From Caecitellus pseudoparvulus (taxonomy: Eukaryota; Protista; Bigyra: Bicosoecida): a stretch of DNA of 64,000 nt. The translations under genes and the position numbers were made by a program. The stretch lies in the NCBI GenBank assembly GCA_965644315.1, contig CBFFRQ010000051.1, forward strand, positions 62,001-126,000. The letters are read 5' to 3'. Position 1 is the first letter of the stretch; each line of letters begins with the position of its first letter. The notes below the pieces were generated by a model, which was not told the DNA's origin, did not search any database, and was given only the letters and a program-made list of their open reading frames with translations. Shown piece by piece: positions 1 to 12,068 of the stretch.

Positions 1-444
1 TGCAGAGGACGGCTTGACCGTAGATTCGCGTTGTGCTGCAGCTGGCTGAGGTGACTCCGGCGCTTCGTCCAAAGGAGCGAGGCCAGGGGCCTCGAACGGA
101 GACGCCAACGCAGCAGCACCCATACGCGTCTTTCGTCTGCGACCACGTGCTCCTGTGGGTCTGGACATGCCAGGCTGCGACGCGGGCAGCAGCGACAGGG
201 GAGTGGCGGGTAAGCACGCGCCATGCTCGCGAAGCTGCTTCGCTCACGTGTGCCACCTCTCCGTTTGCAGAGCTTGGGGACGACACCTGGATACCAGGGG
301 CTGAAGATGGGGGGAGTACTTGTGCAGGCTTTGCTGGCTGTCGAATGGACGCTCTTCCGAGCCTGCGGGTGCAAGGTGGCCTGTGCTGAGCTGCGGAAAT
401 TGGCACAGAACTCAGGCAGACCTACGGGATGTTTTGCGCCTTGA
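1..444 (+). CDS. Possible 3' end of an uncharacterised spliced gene entering from the left
   Basis: ORF 33..389 joins in frame to ORF 223..444 through a GTAAGC..TTGCAG intron (about 210-270). No recognisable domain. Confidence 0.25.
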
Positions 445-2965
445 GCCGAGCTGCCATGGCAGCTACAGAGGGCCCTCGACTTCTAGACTCCATGTTTTCA
501 ACCCTTAACCCCACTGCACTGCCCACCTTTCCCCGATGACCGTCTGCGCAGGCCCTGGAAGGTGAACGCCAGACCAACGCTGGCGCGTGCGTTGCGTGGG
601 TCGAAGGCGGAGCCCGACCTATCCCACCAGAAATAGGCATGCTGCCAACCTCGCTGCAACACAAAGGCTCTCGTGAATTGGGTGTGCGTCACGACTTCCA
701 CAGCTGGCAGTGCCGTCCCCACCCCCCACGGGCTGGGGAGCAACCCCTTACCCGTGCTGCCGAGACCCTCGTCGTGGCTGCGCCTGCCGCCCATCGCCCT
801 CCATTTCCGCAGCAAGGGCAGACGCCAGAGTCTCCCGCCCATGCCCTTGGCTCTGCCCGCTGCCCCCCGCCACGCGCCACACGTCATCAGCCACCGAATG
901 CACAGCAGTCAATAGCGCCTCATCGTCCAAACCCTCCTCAGTAAATGAACTGGAGCCGTGCAGCTGCTCATCGCTGTGGCTTGCTGTGTGGCGGCTGCGC
1001 AGCGCTGCGCCGTGGCCGCGCGGCTGCTGCTGCTGCTGTTGCTGCAACGCAGCGGGGTGGCTGCCTCGAACGGCTGCTCGTCCGCGTGCTGCGGCGGCTT
1101 TCTGCCGCTCGGCGTCCAGCTCAGCCTGCAGTGCGTTGACTTCTGCCTCCAGGGCTGCAATTCTCTTGCGAGACAGCTGCACTTCGGAGCGTTCGCGCTG
1201 GCGTGCGGATTTCGCCTTGGCAGCCTCCTTCCGCGCTGCGTCACGGTCGGCGACGAGCTTGCCCACCTCCCCCTTCAACTTGGTCATGGTGCTTTCCATG
1301 ACATCTCGGTACAACTCGTAGTCCTTCACTTCGCTGCGCGCCTCCTTCAGCGCTGCCTTGAGTTTGCGCACGTTCCCACTGCTGCCGCCACCCGCACTGC
1401 CAGCCTCCGCCAGCGCCCTTTGCAAGCGAGAAATCTCCCCCTCAGCAGCCGCCTGCGCCGTTTCCGCGTCATCTGCACGGGCTGCAGCCGCTTCTGCAAC
1501 ACTACGCAGACGCCCTGCCTCTGCACGGGACGCTTCCAGCGCACTCAGCATGGCGCCAAACCAGCGTGCGTCGTCGTCACCCTGTGCGGCACGCTGCTCC
1601 ATTCGCAGCGCCACGGCACCAGCTTCGTCCATGCTGGGCACAGAGCTGGGGCGCATGCCAGACCAGGCACCACTGGAGGGCGACCCCGCCCCGCGGGACG
1701 TCTGCACGGGTGATGTGGGGGGTGCTGGTGCGTCGGCGGGCGTTTCGGCACTGGTTGGCGGCAGGGGCGGTACACGAGGCACTGCACGCTGCGAGGCTGC
1801 CTCCTGCCCCCCCCTGCCCACTGCCGGCAGACTGTCTGCAGCAGATGGCTGGCTGCTGGGGGAGCTGTGCACAGAGTGGCCGGCAGAGGGGGAGGGGCCC
1901 TGAGGGGGGGTGGCACCCCCCCCCACCAGGCGCTGCAGCCTCTGAGCGAACTTCAGGCTGGCCACGCTGGCCGCTGCGTCGCCTGCGCTGTCCCGCACTG
2001 CCGCTACCAGCAGCCCCTTGCCCTGTCCAGCCAGCAACGGGTGCAGCAGGTGAGTCAGTGCGGAATTTGCACAGGCCTCCTGCGTCACCGCCTGCCCGGC
2101 ATCGCCCCCTGCCAGGAGGCTCTGCAGGCTGCGCACCCACTGCTGCACGCCGTCTGGTGCGTTGGGATCAGCCGCTGATGCGTTTCCCATGAGCAGCACC
2201 GTGAAAGTGCTGACCAGGTCGCTGCCGTTGCGGCAGGTGAACACCCACCCCATGTGCTGTCCGGCAGAGGCAGGGCCAGGCGGGCCTCGCTTGGCACGCA
2301 CACCAGCCAAGAGCTGGCCCACCTCTGCGCAAGACTTCACGGCCACCTCCCACAGGCCCTGCACGCCGGGCGGCGAGCCAGCCCCGTGAGCCTCCGGCGC
2401 CAGGCACAGTGCGGCATCGTTGGCGCGCCCGCCCACAGCAGCCAGGACGTCAGACAGCCGCTCGCAGTCAATGCAGAACCACGACATGCGCACGGAGGAG
2501 ATTTCACCATTTGCCAGCGGGCCGTCCGGCGCGAAGAGCGGCTCTGCCACGGCGCCCAGCATGCCTGCGCCGCACAGCGACACAACGCACGTGACGGGGG
2601 AATGCGGCGGCAGCACGCAGACGAGAGGCGTTGGGCGGTGCAAGAGTGGGGCAAGGCATGGGAAATCGCTGTTTGCACGTACCTGCCGTGCTTGCATCCT
2701 CGACGAGGGAGTACTTGCCAGGGCTGTCCTCGCCAAAGACCGCCACCGTGCCGTGGCGACCGTTGGTCACCAAGCTGCCGATGTCCACGCCAGAGGCAGC
2801 CAAGATGACGTCGGCGCCGGCTCCCTCACCAAAGGCATTGTCAAGTTGGCCAGAGTACACGACATCGGGGGGGGCGTTCACTACGACCACGCCCGTGTCG
2901 TGGTGCAGGTCCAACACTGGCGAGCCTGCTGCCGATGAAACGCAAGCAACCACACTAGCAGCCAT
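422..2965 (-). CDS. Divergent kinesin-motor-like protein with coiled-coil tail (3 exons)
   Basis: ATG 2965; in-frame introns 2565-2682 and 654-751. Kinesin-like segments: TVAVFGEDSPGKYSL (P-loop position), VRMSWFCIDCERLSDVL, VQGLWEVAVKSCAEVGQLL, SALTHLLHPLLAG...ASLKFAQRL. These are followed by a Pro/Ser linker and heptad-rich coiled coil. Confidence 0.7.
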
Positions 2966-3565
2966 AGTTTGAAGGTTTCCCACTCGTTTTGCCTGTTGAA
3001 AGGTCCTCGTGGGGTGTGCTACACGTGTGCGTGGTAGCAGGGTGAGCAACTGTGACAGTTGCTGCGCTTAGCGAGCGTGGAAAGCGCCCAAGGCAACGTG
3101 CAGTGGTGCAGCGTGAAACGCAAGGGTTGTACTTGCGCCGCTGCAGCTCACAGTGGAACCTCCAGTCGCAAGCGAGCAGTGTGCACTGGACACACTCACC
3201 TCGAAGAGGAACAACGCGGGTGTCTGTGAATTGTGCTGACTCCCTCCTTTCCGCTGCAGCTGCCGCCCCGACAGCTTTCCTCGCAGGTGGATGCGAGCAC
3301 CACACTCCGCTGCACTCTCGCTGCTGGCATTTGTTCAGAAGCAAAGGAGGCGGGCTGCTTGCGCACAGAGCTGTGTAGGTTTCCCGTGGAAGACTCCTGC
3401 ATGTCAACTTGCGGTGCGAGTGACTCGGTGGAACAGTCAGCCAGTATAGGAGCGGCCACAAGTGACTGCTCAAGGCAGTCCTTTCCTTTGCGATCCGCCT
3501 TTTTCCCCATTCGCCCTCTGACGAGGTGGCAATGATGCAGCGACTCACTAAATACAAACTCCATG

Positions 3566-3609
3566 GACTTCCCCAGCCCTGGGAGTCTCCATTCTTCTTT
3601 GTCAACTTT
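3566..3609 (+). promoter_or_regulatory. Candidate bipartite element GACTTCCCCAG-N23-TGTCAACTTT in a divergent promoter
   Basis: Recurs with identical spacing at 25130-25173. Confidence 0.35.
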
Positions 3610-3697
3610 TCTTTGGCTTCAGGTGCACTCCCAGTGCTTGGCAGGCGAGCGCTGAGCCAGAGCGCTTCTCGCCGAGGTGCGCCTGCTCACACTCAGC

Positions 3698-6600
3698 ATG
3701 GACCAGAGCTTGGTGCGCGATGTGGGCGATATTCTCACAAGGGAAATGCACCTGCCAGAGGTAAACTTGGCATTCGCCAAGCACGTGCTGAAGGCAGGGG
3801 CGGACTGTGCCGACGCTGCGGCTTTTCATGTAAGTGCCTTGTCTGCCGGCTCGCACGCTGAGCTGCTGGGAACGCTGTGCTGGAGCCCTGCCCTGCACAG
3901 GCCGCCTGCAAGAGCTTCGGCGACATTTCTAGATCAGCCACCGACTTGATCTTCTCCAAGATGGGCCGGCAGGTGCAGCCAGCCCAGCCCTCCGCAACGG
4001 CAGGCAGCCAGTCAATTTCCGCGCCTGGCCCCGGGCCAGAGGCGGAGCAGGGCGAGACAGGAGCAACAGAGGCATACGTGCCACGGTCCTCACGGGGTGG
4101 TGGCATGGCCCAGACATCCCTCACGTCCAGGCCAGTCTTCAAGACGCGGTCGGCGCCCGGGAGCCGCCGACCAGGCAAGTCGGCGCTGGGCCTGGACAGG
4201 CTGGCAGCGCAGCGAGGACGCAAGCGCCAGCGCAGTGGGCCGGGCACCACGCAGGAAGACGCCGATGGCGACGACGACGATCCCTTTGGCGGCCCTGACA
4301 TTGTAATCGGGGGCGGCTTGCAGCGCCCTGAAGCGAAACCCACCCTCCCGCCGGCAACGGCCCCAGCCCCGGCACCCACTGCTGCGTCTGCCCCACCGCG
4401 GAGCGCAGCCCCCGCCCCGCCCAGTGCAGAGGTCGTGTCAGCTGCACAGCTCATCCAGGCCCAGGCGGCACTGAACAACGCTGACCTGGGCAGTGGCACG
4501 CGTTCCGTGGCTGTTCCGGGCGGCGCCGCCCCAACACGAGCACAGCGAGCAGAGCTGAATGCCTGGTGGGTGCGGCACCTGCGGGGGGCGCCATCTGTGC
4601 GATCACGGGGGGCCAGCCAGTGGGACAAGCGCACGACGGCGGACGGACGACCTCACATCGCGGACATCCTGGCAGGTGTGGCCGAGGCCGGCGGCAGCGG
4701 CGGCGTCGGTGCAACGCCCGTGTCGGGGTTCAGCGGCGGGGACACGCCCCGCAGCGTGGCGCAGGTGCCGTCCACACCCATGTCTGTCGTGTCCAAGTTG
4801 GAGGACCGCGTGGGGGGTCTGGGCGTGGGGGGGGATGACGAGTGGGACGCGCCGGTGGCGCTGCGTAGTGTGCCACAGCGAAGCGGCGGCAGCGGCGCCA
4901 CGCCCAGCACTGCGCCAGTGCAGGGATCAGGCATTGGCATGGCAGAGTCAGTGGATGACACTGCATCGGTTGTCGGCTCAGTGGTGGCAGGGGATGACGA
5001 CTGGGACCTGGTGACGAGCAATGCGAGCTCGCGGCGTGGCGGCTCTCGGCGGTACGGCGCATACACCCGACACCGTGACCGCATCGGGGAGGGGGGTGAC
5101 GAGGGCGACGATGATGCGGCCTTCGAACGGGCGTTCTACTCTGGGGAGGATGGTGCGGCCATGGGTGCTGTGGAGGGCGGCGGCGACGGCGCAGGTGCAC
5201 TTGCGGAATCTGCACGCTTCACAGCCCGAGCTGCGGCTGCCGGCATGGTGCCCAAGGGCGAAGCGAAGGAGAAGGGCAAGTCAGCCGCTGCGACGGCGAT
5301 GCACCGAGACCAAGAGGCTTGGGAGAACTCCCGTCTGCACCGTTCCGGCGTCGTGGCGGGGGGCCGAGTGGACCTGGACGCCATGGACGAGGGGGGGCGG
5401 CGCACGCAGCTGCTCGTGCGGAACATCCAGCCCCCCTTCCTGGACGGGCGCATCTCCTTCACGACACAGAGCGCCATGGTGCCTGTGGTGCGCGACCCCA
5501 CGTCAGACATGGCCATCATCTCCCGCAAGGGCTCTGAGCAGCTGAAGTGGATGCGGGCGGAGAAGGAGAAGAGCGCCTTCCGACCGAAGTTCTGGGAGCT
5601 GGGCGGCACGCACATGGGCAACGTGACGGGGGCGGAGGCGAAAGTGGAGGAGGAGCTGGACGAGACGGCCAAGGCTCAGGCTGCGCTGGCCATGGCACAT
5701 GAGCAGGTCGCAGAGGCCGAGGCTGCGGCGCCGTCTGGCGCCGACTACTCAGCTGCCGCGGCAGGGGGGCGGAACCCCACCACGGAAGCTGCCCTGCGCG
5801 CAGAAGCGGCCAAGCACGTGTCTGTGGCAGATCGGGAGGATGCGGGGGGGGAGGAGGGCGACTTCAAGTCGCGCTCGCAGTTCGCCAGCCACATGGGCGA
5901 GAAGGGCGCCGCCGTGTCCGCCTTCGCCAAGGGCAAGAGCATCCGGGAACAGCGGGAGTACCTGCCGGTGTTCGCGGTACGAGATGAGCTCATGCGTGTC
6001 ATCGCGGAGAACCAAGTCATCATCATCGTGGGCGAGACGGGGTCGGGCAAGACCACGCAGCTGACGCAGTACCTGCATGAGGAGGGGTACACGGACTTCG
6101 GCATGGTGGGCTGCACCCAGCCACGCCGTGTGGCAGCCATGTCAGTGGCCAAGCGAGTGGCAGAGGAGGTGGGGACACCACTGGGGGACACCGTGGGGTA
6201 CGCCATCCGTTTCGAAGACATGACGTCAGAGCGCACGGTGGTGAAGTACATGACCGATGGAGTGCTGCTGCGCGAGAGCCTGCGGGAGCCAGACCTGGAC
6301 CAGTACTCCGCCGTGGTCATGGACGAGGCCCACGAACGCAGCCTGAACACGGACGTGTTGTTCGGCATCCTCAAGAAGGTCGTGCAGCGGCGGCGGGATT
6401 TCAAGCTCATCGTCACGTCTGCCACCATGGACAGCGGCAAGTTCTCCGCCTTCTTCGGAGGCGTGCCCATCTTCCACATCCCCGGGCGCACCTTCGCTGT
6501 GAGCGTGTTCCACACGCAGTCCCCCGCCCAGGACTACATCCTCGGCGCTGTGAAGCAAGTGCTGGACATCCACATCACGCAGCCGCCGGGGGACGTACTG

Positions 6601-8220
6601 GTGTTCATGACGGGGCAGGCGGACATCGAGGCCACCTGCTGGCTGCTGGCGGACTGGGTGAAGCGCAAGGGTGTGAAGATGGGCCCCCTCCTCGTGCTGC
6701 CCATGTACTCGCAGCTGCCTGCTGACCTGCAGGCGAAGATCTTCCAGGCAGCACCCCCCGGCGCGCGGAAGGTCATCGTCTCCACCAACATCGCTGAGAC
6801 CTCCCTCACCGTGGACGGCATCAACTACGTCGTGGACAGCGGCTACTGCAAGGTGAAGGTGTACAACCCCAAGGTGGGCATGGACTCCCTCACAGTGGTG
6901 CCTGTGTCGCAGGCCAACGCCCGACAGCGCATGGGCCGTGCGGGGCGCACGGGGCCCGGCCTGTGCTACCGCCTGTACACCCAGCGCGCGTTCAAGGATG
7001 AGATGCTGCCGGCGACAGTGCCGGAGATCCAACGGACCAACCTGGGCAACGTCGTGTTGTTGTTGAAGAGCCTGGGTGTGGAGAACATGAAGGACTTTGA
7101 CTTCATGGACCCGCCCCCAGCGGACAACATCCAGAATTCCCTGTACCAGCTGTGGGTGCTGGGCGCCCTGGACAACACGGGTGCCCTGACGCCGCTGGGG
7201 CGGGAGATGGTGGAGTTCCCCCTGGACCCCGCCCTCTCCAAGATGCTCATCATGGGGGACCGCCTGGGGTGTTCGTCTGAAGTGGTCACCGTCGTCTCCA
7301 TGTTGTCCGTGCCAGGTGTGTTCTACCGCCCTCGGGACCGGGAAGAGGAGTCAGACGCGGCGCGGGAGAAGTTCTTCGTCCCGGAAAGCGACCACCTGAC
7401 CCTTCTCAATGTGTACCTGCAGTGGCGCAAGCACGGGTACAGCGGCGCGTGGTGCACGGAGCACTTCGTGCACATCAAGGCACTACGCAAGGCGCGGGAA
7501 ATCCGTCAGCAGCTCATGGACATCATGCAGCAGCGGCGCATGCAGCCCAAGACCTGCGGGCACAACTGGGACGCTGTGCGCAAGGCCATTTGCTCCTGCT
7601 ACTTCTACAACTCCGCGCAAATGAAGGGCGTGGGCGAGTACATGAACCTGCTGACGGGCATGCCGGCCCACCTGCACCCGTCCTCGGCCCTGTTCGGGCT
7701 GGGGTACACGCCCGACTACGTCGTGTACCACGAGCTCATCCTCACCACGAAGGAGTACATGCAGTGTGTCACGGCTGTGGACGCAGAGTGGCTCGCGGAA
7801 CAGGGCCCCATGTTCTTCGAACTGAAAGCCACCGGCGCAGCACGCCTGGCACAACGGCGTCGAGAACGAGCGGCACAGGCTGCCATGGACGCGGAGATGT
7901 CCGCCGTGGCGGCTGCTGCTGCCAAGGGCGGCATGGGGCCGCCTCCCTCCCGGCCGTCTGCTGCTGTCGTGGCTGCTGCGTCGGCTGCAGATGCGGGTTC
8001 CAGTGGCACGTTCCAGGTGGGCGCGGCGCTGCACAGGGCCAAGCGGGCCAAGGTGGCACGCTCCGCGACAGAGGCTGCGGCAGCCGCATCCTCTGCCCGG
8101 CGCCAGGAGCGCGAGGCTGCTGCCACCCCGCTTTGGAGCGGCCAGGGCGCCATCGCAACTCCTGGCGCCACGCCTCTGTCCCGAGGAAGGGGAGGGGGGG
8201 CTCGCAGGCGGGGCCTGTGA
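3698..8220 (+). CDS. DHX38: Pre-mRNA splicing DEAH-box helicase PRP16/DHX38
   Basis: [27 protein letters not shown]2/OB regions and the PRP16-specific [11 protein letters not shown]...VRDPTSDMA...KFWELGGT. Exon 1 (3698-3829) joins in frame through intron 3830-3900. Confidence 0.95.
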
Positions 8221-8550
8221 CGCCGCGGCCTACGCTTGCACCAAATTTCACAAACCACAAGTTTCCATGGCGACTCAGCTGCTTGACAGGCTTGCGCGCG
8301 TGTCTCAGTGACTTCCGAGCCCTTTGCTCCAGGGACTGGCGCGGCGTTTCACTGCGTCAGCCTCCACCCACACTCATCCCGGCAGGCAGCGTGTCTTCCG
8401 GCTGGGGCGTGGGGAATAACTAGCGGAACTTGTATATCTAGGTCATTTACCTGCCCTGACTCGTCAGAGCAGTTCTGCCGGGCCTGTGGCATCCAGTGCG
8501 CTTGGCAACGCGTGGCGTTTCGCTGCAGCTTCACGCCAGATTCAGTCAGG

Positions 8551-9440
8551 ATGGCTGACGCGTCCACTCGTGATGTGAAGGTGGTGCTGTTGGGGGACAC
8601 AGGTGTGGGAAAATCGTCCATTGTCAGGAGGTTTGTCACAGAGGCCTTTGACAGGTACAGCGAGCCCACCATCGGGTACGTGCCGACAGTCCAGTCGGGC
8701 GCTGCCAGAACCCAGCATGCTCCGTGGGCATTTCCAGCGGCTGAACACTGGCACACAACGGCTCACACCCGGTGCATTCACAGGGCGTCTTTCATGTCCA
8801 AAGCCATGCAGGTGGATGGGCAGTCCATCAAGTTCCAGGTGCGATGTCGCGCAGTGTGTGTGCCGGCGGCGTGGTGGCAGTCGCCTCTCCGCCCTGGCGT
8901 GAGCTGCGGGTGACCCGGCTTCCACCGTCGCGCAGTGGTTCTGCGCCCTTTCCTCCACGCTCCCACCGCGGCACCTCCCCTCCCACACCCCACTCATCCT
9001 TGCACCACCCTTTCTCGCAGATTTGGGACACCGCCGGGCAGGAAAAGTACCACAGCCTGGCCCCCATGTACTACCGCGGCGCCGCTGCCGCCATCCTCGT
9101 GTACGACATCACCCGCAACGGCTCCTTCGACACCCTGCGCAACTGGGTGAAGGAGCTGCAGACCAACGGGCCAGCTGGCATTGTCCTGAGTGTCGTGGGC
9201 AACAAGTGTGACTTGGCGGAGCAGCGCGCCGTGCCCATCGCCGGTGCACAGGAGTATGCTCAGGACATGGGGGCGGAGTTCTTCGAGACCTCCGCCAAGG
9301 CCGACACCAACGTGCGGGACGTGTTCCAGGGCATCGCGGCGCGCCTGCCCCCCCCGGGTGGCGATGGCGGGCGGGAAGAGGACGTGGAGCTAGGCGCCCG
9401 CAGTGGCGGGGGGGACGGCAAGGGCGGCTGCCCCTGCTGA
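8551..9440 (+). CDS. RAB22: Rab5-superfamily GTPase, Rab22-like (3 exons)
   Basis: LLGDTGVGKSS, PTIG|ASFMSK, IWDTAGQEKYHSLAPMYYRG, NKCD, ETSAK, and a C-terminal CPC prenylation motif. Confidence 0.88.
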
Positions 9441-9484
9441 CGGCTCGCGTGTGTTCCAGGAATGCATTGGCTGCTGCAGGGTGC

Positions 9485-10235
9485 TCAGGCCATGGTCAGC
9501 TCCATGATGGCGTTCACCATGTCGCCGTCGTTGCTCTTGAGGGCCTTGATGGCGGCGGCGCGCGACACGTCGGCCTGCTGCATGACCAGCTCGATGTCCT
9601 TGGCCTCCAGGTCGCCGGCGTCCACGTCCTCCTCATCAGCGGCGTCGTCAGACTTGCCGGCGTCAGCAGAGGCGGCGCCAGCGGCGGCCTGCTGGGCGGC
9701 GGCAGAGGTGGGCATCTGGAACTGCTGCGCGGCAGCGGCGGCGGCCTGCTGGGACAGGTCCTCGATCTTGGCCTCGCCGAAGACGACGTAGGTGTCAGAG
9801 TTGCTGCTCTTGTACACATCGGGGCTGGAGAACACGAACAGGATCTGAGGGGGGGGGGGCGAGGGCAGCGGTGTGCGGCAGTGTCCGTGGAGCGGAAATC
9901 GACGCCTGGCGATGGCCCAACGCACGTTCTTGCTCTTCTTGATGGTGATGCGGGTGATGCCAGGCACGGGCTTCATGCCCAGCTTCTGGATGGCCTTGCG
10001 GCTCTTCTTCTCGGCGCGGTTGGCCTTGCTGCTGCCAGAGCTGGTGGTCTCTGTGAAACGAACATGTCAGTGCGGCAGTGCAGCAAGGCCAGCACACGAC
10101 GCAAGCAGACCTCGCGTCCGCAGGCGCACGGCACGCACCCTCCTCGGCAGTCTCCTCAGCAGCAACCTCGGGCTCCTCGACGGGGGTCTCCTCAGCGGGG
10201 ACCTCCGCGGGCTTGGTCTCGGCAGTGGTGGCCAT
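9485..10235 (-). CDS. NACA: Nascent polypeptide-associated complex subunit alpha (3 exons)
   Basis: [32 protein letters not shown]|[13 protein letters not shown]...[11 protein letters not shown] and C-terminal [16 protein letters not shown]...[10 protein letters not shown]. Introns about 10051-10138 and 9846-9925. Confidence 0.95.
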
Positions 10236-10651
10236 GTTGACTGGTGTGGTGTGTCGTGTCAGTTGCTACGCAGCAGGAAGCAGCAGGCTCAGGGGCAGGC
10301 AATGCGGTGGGAGCTGTTGGAGAGTTGAAAGTACACTGATATGGTCCTGTGTGCGTTGCCTTTCTGCCCCGCATGCACCGCAGTGCGAGGGGGGCTCCAC
10401 TGCGGCCGAGTTGCGGATTTCGACGACCACCTGCCTGCCACACACCCCCCTCCCCCCTGTGCGACAAGCAGCCGCTCAACTACAACCTCAGCTTGCTTCA
10501 ATTTAAACACAGCCATGAGACGCCCATCTCCGTACGCGCTGCTGAACTCTCACACGGCTGCTTGAATCCGAGTGGCGGTGCGAGTTTGCGGAAGTAGCCA
10601 CTTGCACTGACAGTGCCTTGTTGGCTGCCTGGCACTCGACGGCGCAGCGCC

Positions 10652-11795
10652 ATGGCATCCATTCTCAAGTTCTTCAACGGACAGGCCCAGAGGTATCATG
10701 CCTCGGCTAAGCGGTACGCCCACTGCGCGCTTTGGCGCGACACGCCTTTGGCGTCTTGCACAGCTTTCCGCACCTTGCTGCCCAGATACAAGACCCCCGA
10801 CAACAGGGCGGTGGCTGCCGCGACCTCCAAGACGCTGTATGTGGGCAACTTGGCCTTTGTCACGACGGAGCAGCAAATCATCGAGGTGTTCCGGCGGTGC
10901 GGCCCAGTGAAGCAGGTGATCATGGGCCTCAACCGCGAAAGCCGCAAGCCTTGTGGCTTCGCCTTCGTCATGTGCGTGCCGGCCAGCCCACGGGCCCCAG
11001 GCCAGCCAGCACTGCACGCACCCCCCAACTCCGCTGCACTTGCCCAGCTACCATCGCCGTGACAGCGTCGTGGCGGCGATGAACTACCTCAACGGCAGCA
11101 AGCTGGACAACCGGTACATCCGCCTGCAAATCGACAAGGTGCGTGACGCAGCCCTCAGAGCCTGAACCGGATACGCACACCAACGACAGTCTTCAGTCTG
11201 CCCCCCACTGCCTGTGACTGACTCGGTTGAGTCACGACTCCCCGAGCCTGTGCAACATGAAACGCAGCCGTTTCAACACCGCTGACAGGCAGCCTCTCAC
11301 GCCTGCAGTGGCTTTTGACGTCTCACATCCACCACGCTTCCTGCGCAGGGTTTCCGTGAGGGACGCCAATTCGGCCGCGGTGTCACTGGCGGCCAAGTGC
11401 GTGATGAGTTGCGTGTGGACTTTGACGGCGGGCGTGGTGGCCTCGGCGTCTTGGCAGCGCAGCGCACGGCACTCTCACGCCGCTCAGCGGGACACCGCGC
11501 CAGCATGGCTGAGTTCACTGCTCAGTACGCAGAGGGGTCAGGCGGTGGTGGGCACGTGCGTCGGCGTGGCGGAAACGGTGGCGCGGCGTGGGATGGCCAG
11601 AAACGCCGCCGAGGGCGTGGAGGGCACGACCGCCGCCGCAGAGAGCCCGTTGCTCAGCGGTACAGCGCGCCAGGTGCTGCCGCCCAGCGGCCGCTTGAGG
11701 AGCGCCTGCACAGTTCCCTGGGTGCCGCTCCAGCCGGAGGTGGCGGAGGCCGGCGGCAGCGCAGCCCCCCACCGCACAGGGTGCAAGGGGAGTAG
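10652..11795 (+). CDS. NCBP2: Nuclear cap-binding protein subunit 2 (CBP20), 4 exons
   Basis: RRM with [35 protein letters not shown], then [31 protein letters not shown], followed by an Arg/Gly-rich tail. Confidence 0.92.
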
Positions 11796-12068
11796 TGCTG
11801 CGTGTGTCTGGTGTCTACTGCTGCGTCGCCTGTTTGCGTCAAATGTAATTGTTGTTACTTGCGCTGGGTGTCATCCCAGCACAGAGTCCGGGTTGTCAAG
11901 CCCGGCGTGCAGCCAATTTCAGACGACCACTTCGCCCTGCTTCACCACGAGCTTGTTCTTTGTCTCTGCACACGGGACAGTGCATCACGTTCTCCTCTGC
12001 GCAGCGCTCCTTGCAGCAGTGTTGGCGTGGTGGCTTGCGGAAGTTGCTGCGCCACCCAAGTCTAAAAC

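Noticed and set aside
1021-1045. Short CTG and GAG triplet runs (also about 49900-49920)
   Set aside because: Ordinary poly-Gln and poly-Glu coding tracts.
2966-3697. ORFs in the kinesin/PRP16 intergenic region (for example 2955..3605)
   Set aside because: Atypical composition and no domains; better explained as divergent promoter and UTR.
11208-11292. Intronic cloverleaf as a tRNA gene
   Set aside because: Lacks the T-loop GTTCRA, D-loop and anticodon-arm geometry.
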